IMG/VR virus record: IMGVR_UViG_3300035698_018097
Direction: 5' to 3' (one strand)
Source of the DNA: an uncultured virus (IMG/VR IMGVR_UViG_3300035698_018097)
Taxonomy: Duplodnaviria; Heunggongvirae; Uroviricota; Caudoviricetes
DNA: 64,000 bases
Part shown: positions 1-11,691 of the stretch, one piece after another
Position numbering within the stretch: position 1 is the stretch's first letter
How the letters are laid out: the number at the start of each line of letters is the position of its first letter
The notes under the pieces: model-generated
Database searches by the model: none
The model's input: only the letters and a program-made list of their open reading frames with translations
What the model was told of the DNA's origin: nothing
Translations under genes and position numbers: made by a program

Positions 1-802
1 GTTGAGGAAGCGTTTGAATATAAGGAAATGGATCTGTCTGAAGCATCATACAATTGCTTGGTGGATTATGCTGGTCTTGGAAAAATTGGATCATATACGG
101 ACTGGTTTGTCCGGAACGAAAAAACCGATCAACTTGACCAGGAACGGGACGGTAAAAAAGAATTGCGTGTAAATTCGATTCCGGTTCTCGATGCTGTTAA
201 TGAACAAGTGGTTATAAAACAGACCGAGGTCCTACCTGAATTTCGTAAGTGGTTGATAGCATGGAACGATGAATCTCCGTTTGATGCGGAGAAAGAAATT
301 AGAATTTAAAAAGGAAAACTAATGAATATACATGTAACATTATATGACGGACGGATATTTAAGTATCCATTAAGAACCAGTATAAGTGTAGATGAGTTAA
401 CCAATGTAGTGTGTATTGACCAAGAGCACTATGAAACACCTGTTCAATTTTTTACTGACCAAATCAAATCCATTGAAATATTTTTAAAATGAAAACATAT
501 CCAACAGATCAATATCAAATTTTATTAAAATATAAAAAAAATTATATTGCAACCATTAAAGGGTTACCGGTTAAACCATTATTGGGAGAGCGGCTTTTAA
601 CTGAGTATGATGACGAATGGTATGAAATTGTAGGGTTTCCAAATAATTTATCTGCTCCCAACCAACACCAAACATGGGTTGTGGAAGTATTTTTTAGTTT
701 TGGATTTCACAGACTAGAAAACATATTAAACGAACTTGAAATTTACAAATGAGCTCAAACAAATCACATTAAGAGTTGTGATCGATACAAAGAATTTATA
801 TT

Positions 803-1363
803 ATGAAAGTAATTTACACACACGGAAAAATTGAAGAGGACAAAAATTCTATCTTCTTAGCAGGTCCCACTCCACGATCAGCCGATGTTTTCTCATGGCG
901 CGAAGATGCAATTTACATGTTGAAAGGTTGGGAATATGATGGAATTATATATTCTCCAGAACCTCCGCCAGGAACTTCCTTTGCGGATGTTGAATACCCT
1001 GCGGATTGGGAACATGATGCTATTAATGCTTGTGGACTTTTGGTGTTCTGGGTTCCACGAGACATGGAAACTATGCCAGCATTAACAACCAATGTTGAAT
1101 TTGGATATTTCGTTGATAAGAAATCGATGCTATATGGTCGGCCTAATGATGCTGTGAGCACTCGGTATCTTGATTGGTTATATCGTAAGGAAATAAACGA
1201 CGAACCATTTACAGATTTGATAGATCTTTTAAAAGAAGCATATTTACAAACGATTCTCAAAAAAGCCGTGACAACTGAAATTGATAGAGAGATAATTGCT
1301 GCTATTAATAGCAATGAACCGCTTCCAAGAGCTCTCACGAAAATTAGACAAGATTATAAATGA
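803..1363 (+). CDS. Nucleoside 2-deoxyribosyltransferase-like protein
   Basis: IFLAGPTPRS..SWR, WE..A and TTNVEFG motifs typical of the Nuc_deoxyri_tr2-like family. Confidence 0.75.
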   Translation: MKVIYTHGKIEEDKNSIFLAGPTPRSADVFSWREDAIYMLKGWEYDGIIYSPEPPPGTSFADVEYPADWEHDAINACGLLVFWVPRDMETMPALTTNVEFGYFVDKKSMLYGRPNDAVSTRYLDWLYRKEINDEPFTDLIDLLKEAYLQTILKKAVTTEIDREIIAAINSNEPLPRALTKIRQDYK

Positions 1364-1690
1364 AAACAACAATTCTCTTAACTCCTAATGAACTCTTTAA
1401 TATTCAAAATGGGAAATTGGTTGATATAACTGGTGAAGAAGTTACATTTGGAATGGCTGGGTCCATAGAAGAAATTGATAAAGAAACCAAAGAGATTAAA
1501 AAATTTACACTGGATTCGGTTAATCTTATATTGGTAGACAAAACCGACGAAATTAATTAAAAAGTTTTTGTAACTTGTTGATATCCAACGAAATAAAGTT
1601 GAAAAAATGTCTTGAAAATTGGAGGAAAGCGTGTATACTTTCATATTTATTAATAGTGACGTATTAAAAATTGAAAATTGGAAAGTTTAG

Positions 1691-1813
1691 ATGAAGAATG
1701 AAGTAAATCTGATTTGCGCAGATGTCGAAGAAAACGCAAATAAATTTTGGAGAGCGATTCTACATGACAATGATGATGTAGAATGTTTCTGGGGAAGACG
1801 AATTCGACTATGA
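1691..1813 (+). pseudogene. Truncated WGR-domain ORF (40 aa)
   Basis: Manual translation MKNEVNLICADVEENANKFWRAILHDNDDVECFWGRRIRL*; NKFW...WGR signature, stops just after WGR. Confidence 0.55.
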
Positions 1814-3534
1814 TAAAACATTTGGAGATGTTAAAAGCACATCCGCAGATGCGATGAAGGTCGTGGCTCTGCTCCACGACACAGACACGGATGCGCTGCA
1901 GGATGATAATGATCAATCTATTGTTGATGTTGATGCATCAAGCGGAATAATTACGGTAGTCCTTAAAAATGTTAAAACCAATGTTGACATTACTGTTGGG
2001 TAAATAGAATTTCTTTTTATCATTGAAAGGCTACTCAGAAATGGGTAGCTTTTTTCTTGGCATCATAGTTATAATCATGGAAGAGAAGAAGTTAAATAAT
2101 TTCCCCGACATGAAGCATTTACTTGAAGAATTTAAAATTTTGAAGACCTTTAATGTTAACCGTAAAGTATCCAAACCTGAGTTGACGAAAATAGGGAAGG
2201 CGATGGGAATGGAACCTGATAAAATGGATTTCGAAGACATCCGTTCAATCGTTTCAACTATCTCTCATATTGAGTATTCGTGTGGTGAAGTTCCAGGAGC
2301 CAAAAATTCAAGTACTAGATCAATGGGTCAGTTTAAAAAAAATTATGAAAAATTGACCAAACTCATGACATACGCCTCGTGCGTCCAAGATTTGTTACAC
2401 AGCGAAGATCTGAGTATTAATGAACAAATCTTTGTTTTGAATAAATGTGTGGTTGACCTTCAAGCTAAAGATAACAATAAAAAGAAGTAATTTCTTGACT
2501 TTTTTCTACATGTATTTATGTTGGAAGAAATAGAAATGAACAATACGGAATTATCAGGGACAGTTTGGATAGCGATTAGTGCTGTCAGCAATACTTTAGC
2601 CACATTAAATTTCCTTTTAAATACAGGTAGATTGAATGATAAGTTTTTGACTGCGGTTTCTGAAAATATTCCTCATTATATAGAAACCATAGCTTTTACC
2701 AAAAGTGTTTCTGATCAATTAACCGATGAAATAAAACCCGAAGTGGAAATCGCTCTTGCTTCGATTGATGCATTGATCCAAATGAATATTGAACTGATGA
2801 ATAAATTTACAACAAATGAATAAAGAAATAGCACAAAAAATTGTAAAAGTGTATGAACAACTTTTCCTTCCAGATTTACAGATGAAAGTGAAATCGATAA
2901 AAATAGAAGGTAACAGAGTGTATCTGCTTCACGAAGAATCAGATGTTATAATTAGTTTACTTCCACCGCTACTTCCATGATTATATTAGCTGAAAACCGA
3001 CTTTGGTGTGAACTTGAACATTTCGTTGAAAATGCCATTGATGATGATTTGGTTATTTATTACAATCGATTTTGTGCTACGAAACACAAACTTACAATGA
3101 GATCGTTTGCTGACTTGGATGAAGGCAGCCAAGAATTTGTACGAGATGATTTATTGCGAATTTTAGAGGAATCATTTAATAAAGAGATGGTGCTGGCAAT
3201 TAAATTTTATCAGATCTTACATTGTTATTCATTTGAAGGAGTGACAAAACACAATCCACCGCGATTTAGATTTGAAGAAATGGGTGATAGAGAATGTAAT
3301 ATATTTTTAACATCAGAAGGGATACCCGATGCCGCAATATAAGATAACAGGAAGAAGAAAAAAGAATTGCGGATTATTTCGTGATCATATAACCAAAAAA
3401 GTAGTTTGGGATGGAAAAGCCAAAACAACTTTGTTATCTCAAGGTAACAAAGAAATTATGGAATACATGTTTAGTAATATAAAAAAATATATTGACAACA
3501 CTGAATGGGTGATTAAACTGATCAAACTTAGATC

Positions 3535-4038
3535 ATGATATATTATTCAGGAATTGGTTCGAGATTCGTTCCATCAGAAGTTATTGACCAAATTTTTAAA
3601 CTGTCCATTCGTTTAGCAGAAAAACAATTTGTATTGCGAAGTGGTGCTGCAGATGGATGTGATTCTGCTTTTGAAGTAGGATGTGATTCAGTTCGTGGTA
3701 AGAAAGAAATATATTTGCCTTGGAAGAATTTCAATAATAATAACGGTATTGATTCTACACAGCTCAAAACATATAATCGAGCGGAGAAGCTTGCTGAGAA
3801 ATTCCATCCTGGATGGAAATATTTAAAGCATTATGCTAAGAAGTTTCACACACGAAATGTCTATCAAGTTCTAGGAGAGAATCTTAGAACTCCTGCTGGA
3901 TTTGTGATCTGTTATACTTGTGATGGAAAAGCTTCAGGTGGAACAGGTCAAGCTATGAGAATAGCAGAACATTATGAAATATCCATTTTTAACTTGTATT
4001 TTCAAGATGTATATGATAAGATATTGGAACAATTATAA
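3535..4038 (+). CDS. SLOG/DprA-like Rossmann-fold protein
   Basis: YSGIGSR, LRSGAADGCDSAFE, RNVYQVLG and GGTGQA motifs. Confidence 0.75.
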   Translation: MIYYSGIGSRFVPSEVIDQIFKLSIRLAEKQFVLRSGAADGCDSAFEVGCDSVRGKKEIYLPWKNFNNNNGIDSTQLKTYNRAEKLAEKFHPGWKYLKHYAKKFHTRNVYQVLGENLRTPAGFVICYTCDGKASGGTGQAMRIAEHYEISIFNLYFQDVYDKILEQL

Positions 4039-4236
4039 TTTATGGGAAAAGATACAGTAAAGTCATTCGTAATTAGCATAAACTTCTCTGATGGAAGTGA
4101 AACAAAATATGTTATATCAAGGAAGAATTTTTATGAGGCTAAGTTAGATGTTCGTGACCTAAAAGAAGATTGGAATAAAAATTTAGTTCCTACAATCACG
4201 GATTTCTTTGTTAAAGAAAGTCAAATTAAAAAGTAA

Positions 4237-5118
4237 ATGAAGATCATTGAGAATCAACGGGTTCTAATAATACCTGACATTCATCAGAATATCCGGTTTG
4301 CACAAACTGCGTTGAACGATCACGAAAATAAAGTTGACAAGATTGTTTTCCTTGGTGATTACTTTGATTGTTTTGAAGATCCAGAAAACCGGACTTATTT
4401 TGGAATTAAAAAGACTTGTGAGTGGTTGAATGAAACCAAAAAGCGATTGGGGGATAAAGCTATATGGCTATTGGGAAACCATGATCTATCGTATATAGTT
4501 TCGTATCTTCCAAACACATATAATATTCGAAAAAATAGTTTTTTTAGATGTGCTGGTTGGACGAGAAATAAAGCAGAAATAATTAATAAAAGATTAGATC
4601 CAATGTTTTTTGGTGATTTGGAATTGTGTTGTTCAGTAAATGGTTACATTATTGTTCATGCTGGATTTCATTATAATCATTTCAAACCATTTTTAAGTGA
4701 GTTAGAAAATGTTAAGAATATTTTTTATGATTGGGAAAAACACAAACATGATTTTTATTTAACTCATTCCTATCATTGGATTTGGAATGTTGGAAAATGT
4801 CGCGAAGGGCGTCATGATATTGGTTCTCCAATTTGGTTGGATTGGAAACATGAATTTGTTAATATGCCAGAACTTCCTCAAATCGTTGGTCATACAAATG
4901 GAGAAAATTATAGACAAAGAGGAACAAGCTATTGCATTGATGCATATAGATCGGTTGTCTGTGTTTTGCAACCTGATCAATCGGAACCCAAATTTCATAA
5001 AATAGATGCAATTCCCAAAAAGGTAATACCACCCAATTGTGAAATTTGTGGAACAAACTATAATATGTTCCAATATGGAAAAAAATGGGTTTGCCACGGA
5101 ACTCACAAAATTAGTTAA
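4237..5118 (+). CDS. Calcineurin-like metallophosphoesterase
   Basis: DIH, GDYFD, GNHD, HAG and GHT motifs. Confidence 0.85.
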   Translation: MKIIENQRVLIIPDIHQNIRFAQTALNDHENKVDKIVFLGDYFDCFEDPENRTYFGIKKTCEWLNETKKRLGDKAIWLLGNHDLSYIVSYLPNTYNIRKNSFFRCAGWTRNKAEIINKRLDPMFFGDLELCCSVNGYIIVHAGFHYNHFKPFLSELENVKNIFYDWEKHKHDFYLTHSYHWIWNVGKCREGRHDIGSPIWLDWKHEFVNMPELPQIVGHTNGENYRQRGTSYCIDAYRSVVCVLQPDQSEPKFHKIDAIPKKVIPPNCEICGTNYNMFQYGKKWVCHGTHKIS

Positions 5119-5160
5119 TTTCTTATTGACATTTTTATATAGTGAGGATATATTGTCGCC

Positions 5161-5484
5161 ATGAAGGTAATAAAAGTTCCTACAGGTAAAATTATAATTA
5201 TGGGATCGGAAAGCGGTCATCCAATCGAATGTTTGTCCTTAGCCGATTACGGTAAAGAGAAAAATGTAAAAGCCAGTTTTATGGGACTGGATCGTGAGAT
5301 TGATGGGGTTCCATCAGGAGAGTGTATGCCGTTATCCAAGAAGTGGGTAGCTACTATTTCTTCCCAATCCGGATGTAGTATGAAATGCACATTCTGTGAT
5401 GTTCCAAGAGTAGGTCCAGGAAAGAATCTAACTGTTCGTGATATGAATTCTCAGCTTGGTGCTATTCTATCAAAGGAAGATTAA
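5161..5484 (+). pseudogene. N-terminal fragment of an RlmN/Cfr-like radical SAM enzyme
   Basis: TISSQSGCSMKCTFC (CxxxCxxC in RlmN context), but the ORF ends at 107 aa and the next ORF is unrelated. Confidence 0.65.
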
Positions 5485-5485
5485 A

Positions 5486-5941
5486 ATGAGTCAGGACCAT
5501 GTAGATTTAGTTGCCAAATATTATCCAGATTTGCCCGGCGAAGATCATCTTGATCTGTTAATGGGAGCCACATCGTTTCCTTTTGGGTTCGCTGATCAAT
5601 GGGAAAAACAATTGGAAGAATTGGTTCGAAATACCGATGATTCGCTAGATGGTGCTTTAGCATTTGCTGCTACCCAATTAGAAAGAGAATGGGACAACCT
5701 TGAGAAAGTAGAAGTAGATATTCCCGAATTACTTTTCTGTCCATTTTGTGGCGGCGTTGAAGTAATTCTTTGTAATGAAGAAAGAACAGTCGGAAGTCCC
5801 GAAACTGCTGACTCACATGTTTATTGTGAAGATTGTGGTGCTAGAGGTCCTAAAATAGTAGGTGACAAAAAAATGGCGGTAGACGATTGGAATGCTGCTT
5901 ATAGATTGGAAACATTTAATTATCCAATAGACACATCATGA
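5486..5941 (+). CDS. Lar restriction-alleviation-like zinc-ribbon protein
   Basis: CPFCGG...CEDCGARGP...WN in the C-terminal half; likely start MSQDH at 5486. Confidence 0.55.
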   Translation: MSQDHVDLVAKYYPDLPGEDHLDLLMGATSFPFGFADQWEKQLEELVRNTDDSLDGALAFAATQLEREWDNLEKVEVDIPELLFCPFCGGVEVILCNEERTVGSPETADSHVYCEDCGARGPKIVGDKKMAVDDWNAAYRLETFNYPIDTS

Positions 5942-5993
5942 TTGTAAATCAAAATTTTATTGACAATTGGGACAATGTGCGTAAACTATAATA

Positions 5994-6383
5994 ATGAACA
6001 TATTCTTAGATGATGTTAGACCGCTAAGTGCGGTGATTTTGCCAATTGGGCAATGGAAAATAGCAAAGAACTACGAAGGATTTTGTAAGCTGGTAAATGA
6101 TATCTATCAGAAAACCGATGGATTGCCTACTTTCATATCGTATGACCACGACTTGGCCGACGAGCACTACTCCGAAGAAATGTATGGAGCAAATTATAAT
6201 GATTTGTATAAAGGATTCAAGGAAAAAACAGGCCTTGATTGCGCAAAATGGCTAATCGATTTTTGTATTGACAAAGATTTAAAAATGTGTAACTTCCAAG
6301 TTCACAGTATGAATCCTGTTGGTAAACAGAACATTCAAACAATTTTAACAAATTTTATTAAATTCCAAAAAAGGGAAACATGA
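5994..6383 (+). CDS. Cyclic-phosphate-processing receiver-like domain protein
   Basis: IFLDDVR, SYDHDL, TGLDCAKWL and VHSMNPVG motifs. Confidence 0.7.
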   Translation: MNIFLDDVRPLSAVILPIGQWKIAKNYEGFCKLVNDIYQKTDGLPTFISYDHDLADEHYSEEMYGANYNDLYKGFKEKTGLDCAKWLIDFCIDKDLKMCNFQVHSMNPVGKQNIQTILTNFIKFQKRET

Positions 6384-6791
6384 CAGATACAAACCTAACA
6401 GAAATGAAGCTTACCGAAGAAGAATTTATAATTATTCAGAATCGCCGTCAGGCGGCCGAACAAGCAGCACAAGAAGATGTTCCTATAAAACGAGCAACTC
6501 TCAAACATGATATATATGAAAATCTCGCGTTGGACTGTTATCATGATCTTCTTGAAAACTTTCCTGATGATGAGTTTTTGTCTGAAGAAGAAATTGATAA
6601 AGCACTTTTTAAGTTGAAAGTAATTCTTTTGGAACCTGTGACACCAAAGGGAACAAAATTCACATGTTTTGATGATGGTGGCAGCGGCGAATATTGGGAA
6701 AGTGATGATCAAGAAATTGACTACATGGACGAATCTTTTGCGAAAAAACATTTAGAAAATATTGAAGACATTCCGACAGAAGAAAAATGAT

Positions 6792-7028
6792 ATGGAACAT
6801 CTAATACAAATTAAAGTTTATGAATGTGGAAATGGAACGCCGTGGGAAACACTTGATGAAGTCATAGACGGATGTAATAAATTTCTTCCAAAACATTCTC
6901 AGATTTCCTAGGCATCAAGAAATGACTCTTTTTTTGTATTTCATTTGGACAGTAAATATGGAAACGAGCCATTTATTACAGGATTGCTATCAGGATATCT
7001 CTTAGCGAAAGGAATAGAAGTATTATGA
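6792..7028 (+). pseudogene. Hypothetical ORF interrupted by one in-frame TAG (6909-6911)
   Basis: Frame stays open for 38 codons after the TAG and fills the gap between neighbouring genes. Confidence 0.45.
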
Positions 7029-7976
7029 CTATGACCATTTTAGGTAGACGATCGCGTTCTACAAAACAAATTCAAGATGCAAGACTTCTTGATCCTTTTA
7101 ATTTCAGAGAAGCTTGTTTTCGTCTCATTTGGAACAGATCATATCGAACCTCTCGAGTAAGAGATACAGCAGATGACACTATTTGCTGGTTGGGGTCAAA
7201 TGTGGGACAGGGCCTTCTTCATGATGTCGCTCAGGTAATTGAAAAATATCCTTTTAAAAATGAAGCAGATAAAGTTTTCTCTTTTGGAAAATTAATTGAC
7301 AAACCTACGCTGTTTCTTCATTACTGTTGGTGTGTATCCGTGATTAATTATGGAAAATATCAAGATGATGTAATCGATATTATTCCCGGCGAAATTTCAA
7401 ATTTAAAAGCTAATAAATACATATGTCATATGGATCCAGATGGAAAACCATATACAAGAGATGGTGGATTAACTATTATATTCAAATATGATTATGGCCA
7501 AGAAGCTTTTGATCACATGGAAAAATTATACAAAACAGAAATGGGAATTGAATTGTGAGATCTTTAACACTTGCAGATTTTAAAGCAGGTGATCGTGTAA
7601 AATATATACCTTTGCATGCTATTAATGATTTGAATCATCCTGATTGTGAATGTGGAACGGTATCTTCAATAAATGACCATTATGTATTTGTTAAATATGA
7701 TAAACAAGTTAATAAATTAGGATTCAATGAAACCACAGCACAAGCCTCTTCGGTTTCACATTTGATTAAAATTTAAAAAATGAAAATCGATCCAAATAAC
7801 ATTGTAAATGCTGGATATGTCGAAGGTTGGAATATATGTTTGTGGGGCAATCCAAAACTAACTGTTGTATGTGGAAATTTTAAAACAAGAGACTATTATC
7901 CATTTAAAACTGGCGGATCGGTTGCGTGTTGTCCTCATTGTGGTAAGTGGAACTGGTCGGATTTCCGATATGAATA

Positions 7977-8645
7977 ATGACTCAGTTTGAAAATGTAGAA
8001 GTATTATCGGCTGAGAATATTTTCTTTCGCCCTCTAAGAGTAAACGGCAGAGAAAAAGTATTTTTTACTGCAGACCTCCATTACAACCACGATCAGGATT
8101 TCATTTGGAAAAAGCGTGGTTTTAAAAATGTTGAAGAACATAACGAAACTCTTATAACTAATTGGAATTCAGTTATTACTAACGAAGATACGATTTTTTA
8201 TTTAGGAGATATGAAGTTTAGTTTAAAAGAAACATATGAAAATCTTCTTCGGAGATTGAACTTTAAAAAGATCTTCTTAATGGCTGGAAATCATTTTTCT
8301 GGAGTTCCCGAACTTCTATCTAAGATGGTTGGTCACTGTGGATTTCTTTTAGACGGACACAAAATTGTTCAACCTATTCCAAACTATTTTGAGTTGTGGT
8401 ATGGTAAACAATTTATTATTCTAAGTCATTATCCAATCGGAAGTTGGAATAAAATTGGTAAAGGGAGTTATCAATTGTATGGTCATTGTCACAATCAATA
8501 TAAACATAACACCGGAAAACAGCTAGATGTTGGAGTTGATCAATTTCCTATTCCACAATCGTTTGATGATATTCGCCGAAGATTAAATAAAGTTAAAATT
8601 GAAAAAGTCGATGGACACCATACTGCTGATAAATGGTTTGATTAA
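7977..8645 (+). CDS. Calcineurin-like metallophosphoesterase
   Basis: FTADLHYNH, LGD, GNH, LSHYP, GHCH and DVGVD motifs. Confidence 0.85.
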   Translation: MTQFENVEVLSAENIFFRPLRVNGREKVFFTADLHYNHDQDFIWKKRGFKNVEEHNETLITNWNSVITNEDTIFYLGDMKFSLKETYENLLRRLNFKKIFLMAGNHFSGVPELLSKMVGHCGFLLDGHKIVQPIPNYFELWYGKQFIILSHYPIGSWNKIGKGSYQLYGHCHNQYKHNTGKQLDVGVDQFPIPQSFDDIRRRLNKVKIEKVDGHHTADKWFD

Positions 8646-8883
8646 TTACTTGACTTGTTTCGATTTATCCATAAGGTTTACACGATGACATATAACGGAA
8701 AGATATATTTGCAAAGAGTTGGGATTGTCTTACTTATTGTTTTCTGTATTCATGGGTGTATTATAACAAGTTTCACACCATTTCTAGCATTTCCCTTATC
8801 ACTTTTAATAGCTAATATTATATTGTGGGGAAGTCTTATTAAAATCTTACATAACCAATTAAAAACATTAAAATTTATTACAA

Positions 8884-9066
8884 ATGAAACCATTTAGAGG
8901 AAATATAACTGCTGAAGCTGGAGCTGTATATGTCAATTTGGTCGATGAGGACAGCGCCAATTTGGGTCCTTTAACAACTCGAGAAATTCTTACTGAACCC
9001 GACATTCACATTTTCGTTGATAGAAATACAGATGGAAAAGTTGTAGGAGTTGAAATTTTAACATGA
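8884..9066 (+). CDS. DUF2283-like small protein
   Basis: AVYVNL...DGKVVGVEIL pattern. Confidence 0.5.
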   Translation: MKPFRGNITAEAGAVYVNLVDEDSANLGPLTTREILTEPDIHIFVDRNTDGKVVGVEILT

Positions 9067-9819
9067 GAACTGAATAAGTTATGGGATTAAGAGTAAATAA
9101 AATTTTAGGTGTTGGATTTCGGCACCACAATGAAACGGATGATGTTCGATTTCGGCCAGAATTTCTTTCTGGCAGTCGTAATATTTCAGTAACAAAGGAA
9201 CAACTTCTCGAGGAAATCGAGAGAATGTATGATAAGTTTACTGCTATTTTATATGAAATAGATTTGAAAGAGAAAAAATATTACAAAGATGACTTTGTGC
9301 ATGTTCCTTATCATGAGGGAGAATTAAAATATCCTCCAATCGTATTTGGTCCAGGATTCAATGATTGGTATAGACATGATGATATCCTGGATTATATCGA
9401 ATTTGATTGGGAAGCTGGCGGCGAACATATAAAACAGGTTCTCGATGGCGCTGGTCAACCATGTTGTATATATCCTACATTTGGGTTCCATGATCGTATA
9501 ACAGGAGAACGAATTATCAAAGACCAATGTGAACGCTGGAGCATAACTAATCTGCTCCTAAAAGCGATTAAGACCTCTAATAAACAACTTTCTGATGAGT
9601 GTAATAAAAAATTCTTCGAAGATTCAGGTTCTCCAAATGTAACGAATTTAATACAATGGCAACGAAATATCGTTCCAAAAATTCCACCATTGATAGAAGC
9701 TTTCATAAATCTCACAAAACCATTTAAAAAAGACTTGACAAAATTTAGACTCAAACCTATGGTGATGTCTTATCTTTCTTAGATAAACAATAACAATTAA
9801 CAACTAAAACTTAAATAAT

Positions 9820-11190
9820 ATGTTAGTTCCAGAAAAAATCGTAGAACGGTGGTATCATAAAACCCACTTCATTTATAAGAACTTCGCGTTCTTGTATTCC
9901 AACAAACTGTGGAATAACTCTGTTCCAACAGGCTTCTCTGTTTGTCCTTACTTTTGGATGAGCATGTTTTCCTTTCTAATCTTTAAACCTTTCATTCATT
10001 CAGCGATGAGATTGGCTCGCTGGAGTCTATTTGGGCCTATTGAAAAATTTGATGATTGGGTAAGAAATATTACTGGTGGATCACCTGGATCAGGTTTGTT
10101 TATTACTATGTTTCTTAGTCTTGCACTTGCCGGAATAGGAATTGGGGTCTATGCTTTCTTAACATCTATGTATGCTGGTGTTTGGGAATTTTGGTATGGA
10201 ATGATCGGAATCATCGGTGGATTGATTACTTGTGGAGTCATTTCTGCCTATAAAGAACAAGGTGGATCTTGTAAAGCTGAAGTCTATATGTGGCTTTGGG
10301 CTACATTAGCTGTTGTTGGAGCAGTTTTATTATTCTCCACATCGCTATTAGCGGTAATCGGTGGAGTTTGGATAGGTATTTATAGTATCGTCGGTCTTCT
10401 TTTGTATGCGATTAAAACTCTTTTTGTTTATGCATTTGCTGGACTTGCTTGGGTTGGTGTTTATCTGTTGGGTCTTTGCACGATACACTCTACAATCGCT
10501 TGGGTTCTCTTAGCATTCTTTGTTGGGTCACATGTTCTATACTATCTCATGACTCGATTCGAAACTCAATTTGAAAAGATATTTGATGTAAAGGAAGAGA
10601 AAGAAATTAACACATATTATCAGAGACTTCATTTGCTCTGTCAGGCAGCGAAACGCCGCGAGTCAGATACACCGATTCTTGAGCATTTTAATAGCTCTAC
10701 AGCTCTTCAAACAGGAACCTACTTGGACAAGACAATTATCAGAATGTTCCTTGAAAAATATTTCGCTTCAGAATTGGAAGCAGGTAAAACAACTACAGTT
10801 GGTAAACTAGACAGATATTGCAGTAACATTACTGAAGCATTTTACAAAGGCCGATCACGATTTTCTAATGAGGCTGCTGTGGCTCGTGTAAAATTAGATC
10901 ATCTTTATTTTGCTGATTGGGAGAATACCGAAGAATTTATAAAGGCTCGTGATGAAGTCGTTTTCGAACTTACTGATGAAATGAATTATATTTTGGAAAA
11001 ACAAGCAAAGACTGATAAACTTTGTGAAGCTTTTACTAAGTGGATTGGTTGGGCATTTATTCCGCTCATTAAACTTTGTAGTTTAATTAAATCAGCTGCT
11101 ATTAATGTTGGAGTGTTCTTTGTATACATGTGGGTCTTGGTTAAGGCTGCGAAAAAAGATATGTGTCCTTACATTATATTCAAAGATTGA
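9820..11190 (+). CDS. Multi-pass membrane protein, unknown function
   Basis: 456 aa with many hydrophobic, Gly-rich segments; followed by a terminator. Confidence 0.7.
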   Translation: MLVPEKIVERWYHKTHFIYKNFAFLYSNKLWNNSVPTGFSVCPYFWMSMFSFLIFKPFIHSAMRLARWSLFGPIEKFDDWVRNITGGSPGSGLFITMFLSLALAGIGIGVYAFLTSMYAGVWEFWYGMIGIIGGLITCGVISAYKEQGGSCKAEVYMWLWATLAVVGAVLLFSTSLLAVIGGVWIGIYSIVGLLLYAIKTLFVYAFAGLAWVGVYLLGLCTIHSTIAWVLLAFFVGSHVLYYLMTRFETQFEKIFDVKEEKEINTYYQRLHLLCQAAKRRESDTPILEHFNSSTALQTGTYLDKTIIRMFLEKYFASELEAGKTTTVGKLDRYCSNITEAFYKGRSRFSNEAAVARVKLDHLYFADWENTEEFIKARDEVVFELTDEMNYILEKQAKTDKLCEAFTKWIGWAFIPLIKLCSLIKSAAINVGVFFVYMWVLVKAAKKDMCPYIIFKD

Positions 11191-11211
11191 TGTAAATAAG
11201 TTTCAAACATT

Positions 11212-11245
11212 AATCCCGCCATATTTTTATATGGTGGGATTTTTT
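11212..11245 (+). terminator. Intrinsic terminator
   Basis: AATCCCGCCATAT / ATATGGTGGGATT stem followed by a T run. Confidence 0.8.
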
Positions 11246-11283
11246 GTATTGACAAGGTTGTTTTGGAATCGAAATACATAAAA

Positions 11284-11427
11284 ATGCACCTTGGTGAACC
11301 CCGCAGAGTCGGGGATGTATGGGTAGATTTTGATGGAGAGTATCGTATTGTCGTATCTCCGATTCACGACCCACGACTGAATGAAACTCACTGTCCACAT
11401 TATCGATTCGAGAACACTCGCTTTTAA
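11284..11427 (+). CDS. Small hypothetical protein (47 aa)
   Basis: MHLGEPRRVGDVWVDFDGEYRIVVSP...; ATG 35 nt after TTGACA at 11249. Confidence 0.55.
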   Translation: MHLGEPRRVGDVWVDFDGEYRIVVSPIHDPRLNETHCPHYRFENTRF

Positions 11428-11524
11428 AAAAACTCTATAAAAACAAAATAAATTGAATTTTGGGTTGACAAGGCGTATATATTATCTTATCGTTCTTTCT
11501 TAGTTCTTTTACTAAGTTTATTTT

Positions 11525-11686
11525 AAGATGTTTACAGCAACCCAAACCGTAATCAAAAAACACAAACCAAGCATCTTGTAACTTTTAGATGGATACAGCA
11601 ATCCAAATTTTTTATTCAAAAAACAAAACCCATCTAGCAAACTTTAGATAAAATCAGCAATCAAATATTAACAATCAACTTATCTA
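11525..11686 (+). ncRNA. Three tandem stem-loops with a conserved CAGCAA loop motif in the DUF2828 leader
   Basis: AAGATGTTT/AAGCATCTT, TAGATGG/CCATCTA and TAGATAA/TTATCTA stems, each followed by (A/T)CAGCAA and an A/C-rich loop. Confidence 0.7.
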
Positions 11687-11691
11687 GTACA

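Noticed and set aside
11525..11686. CRISPR mini-array interpretation of the three repeats
   Set aside because: Units are stems enclosing low-complexity loops with co-varying ends, not identical repeats with unique spacers; no cas genes in the window.
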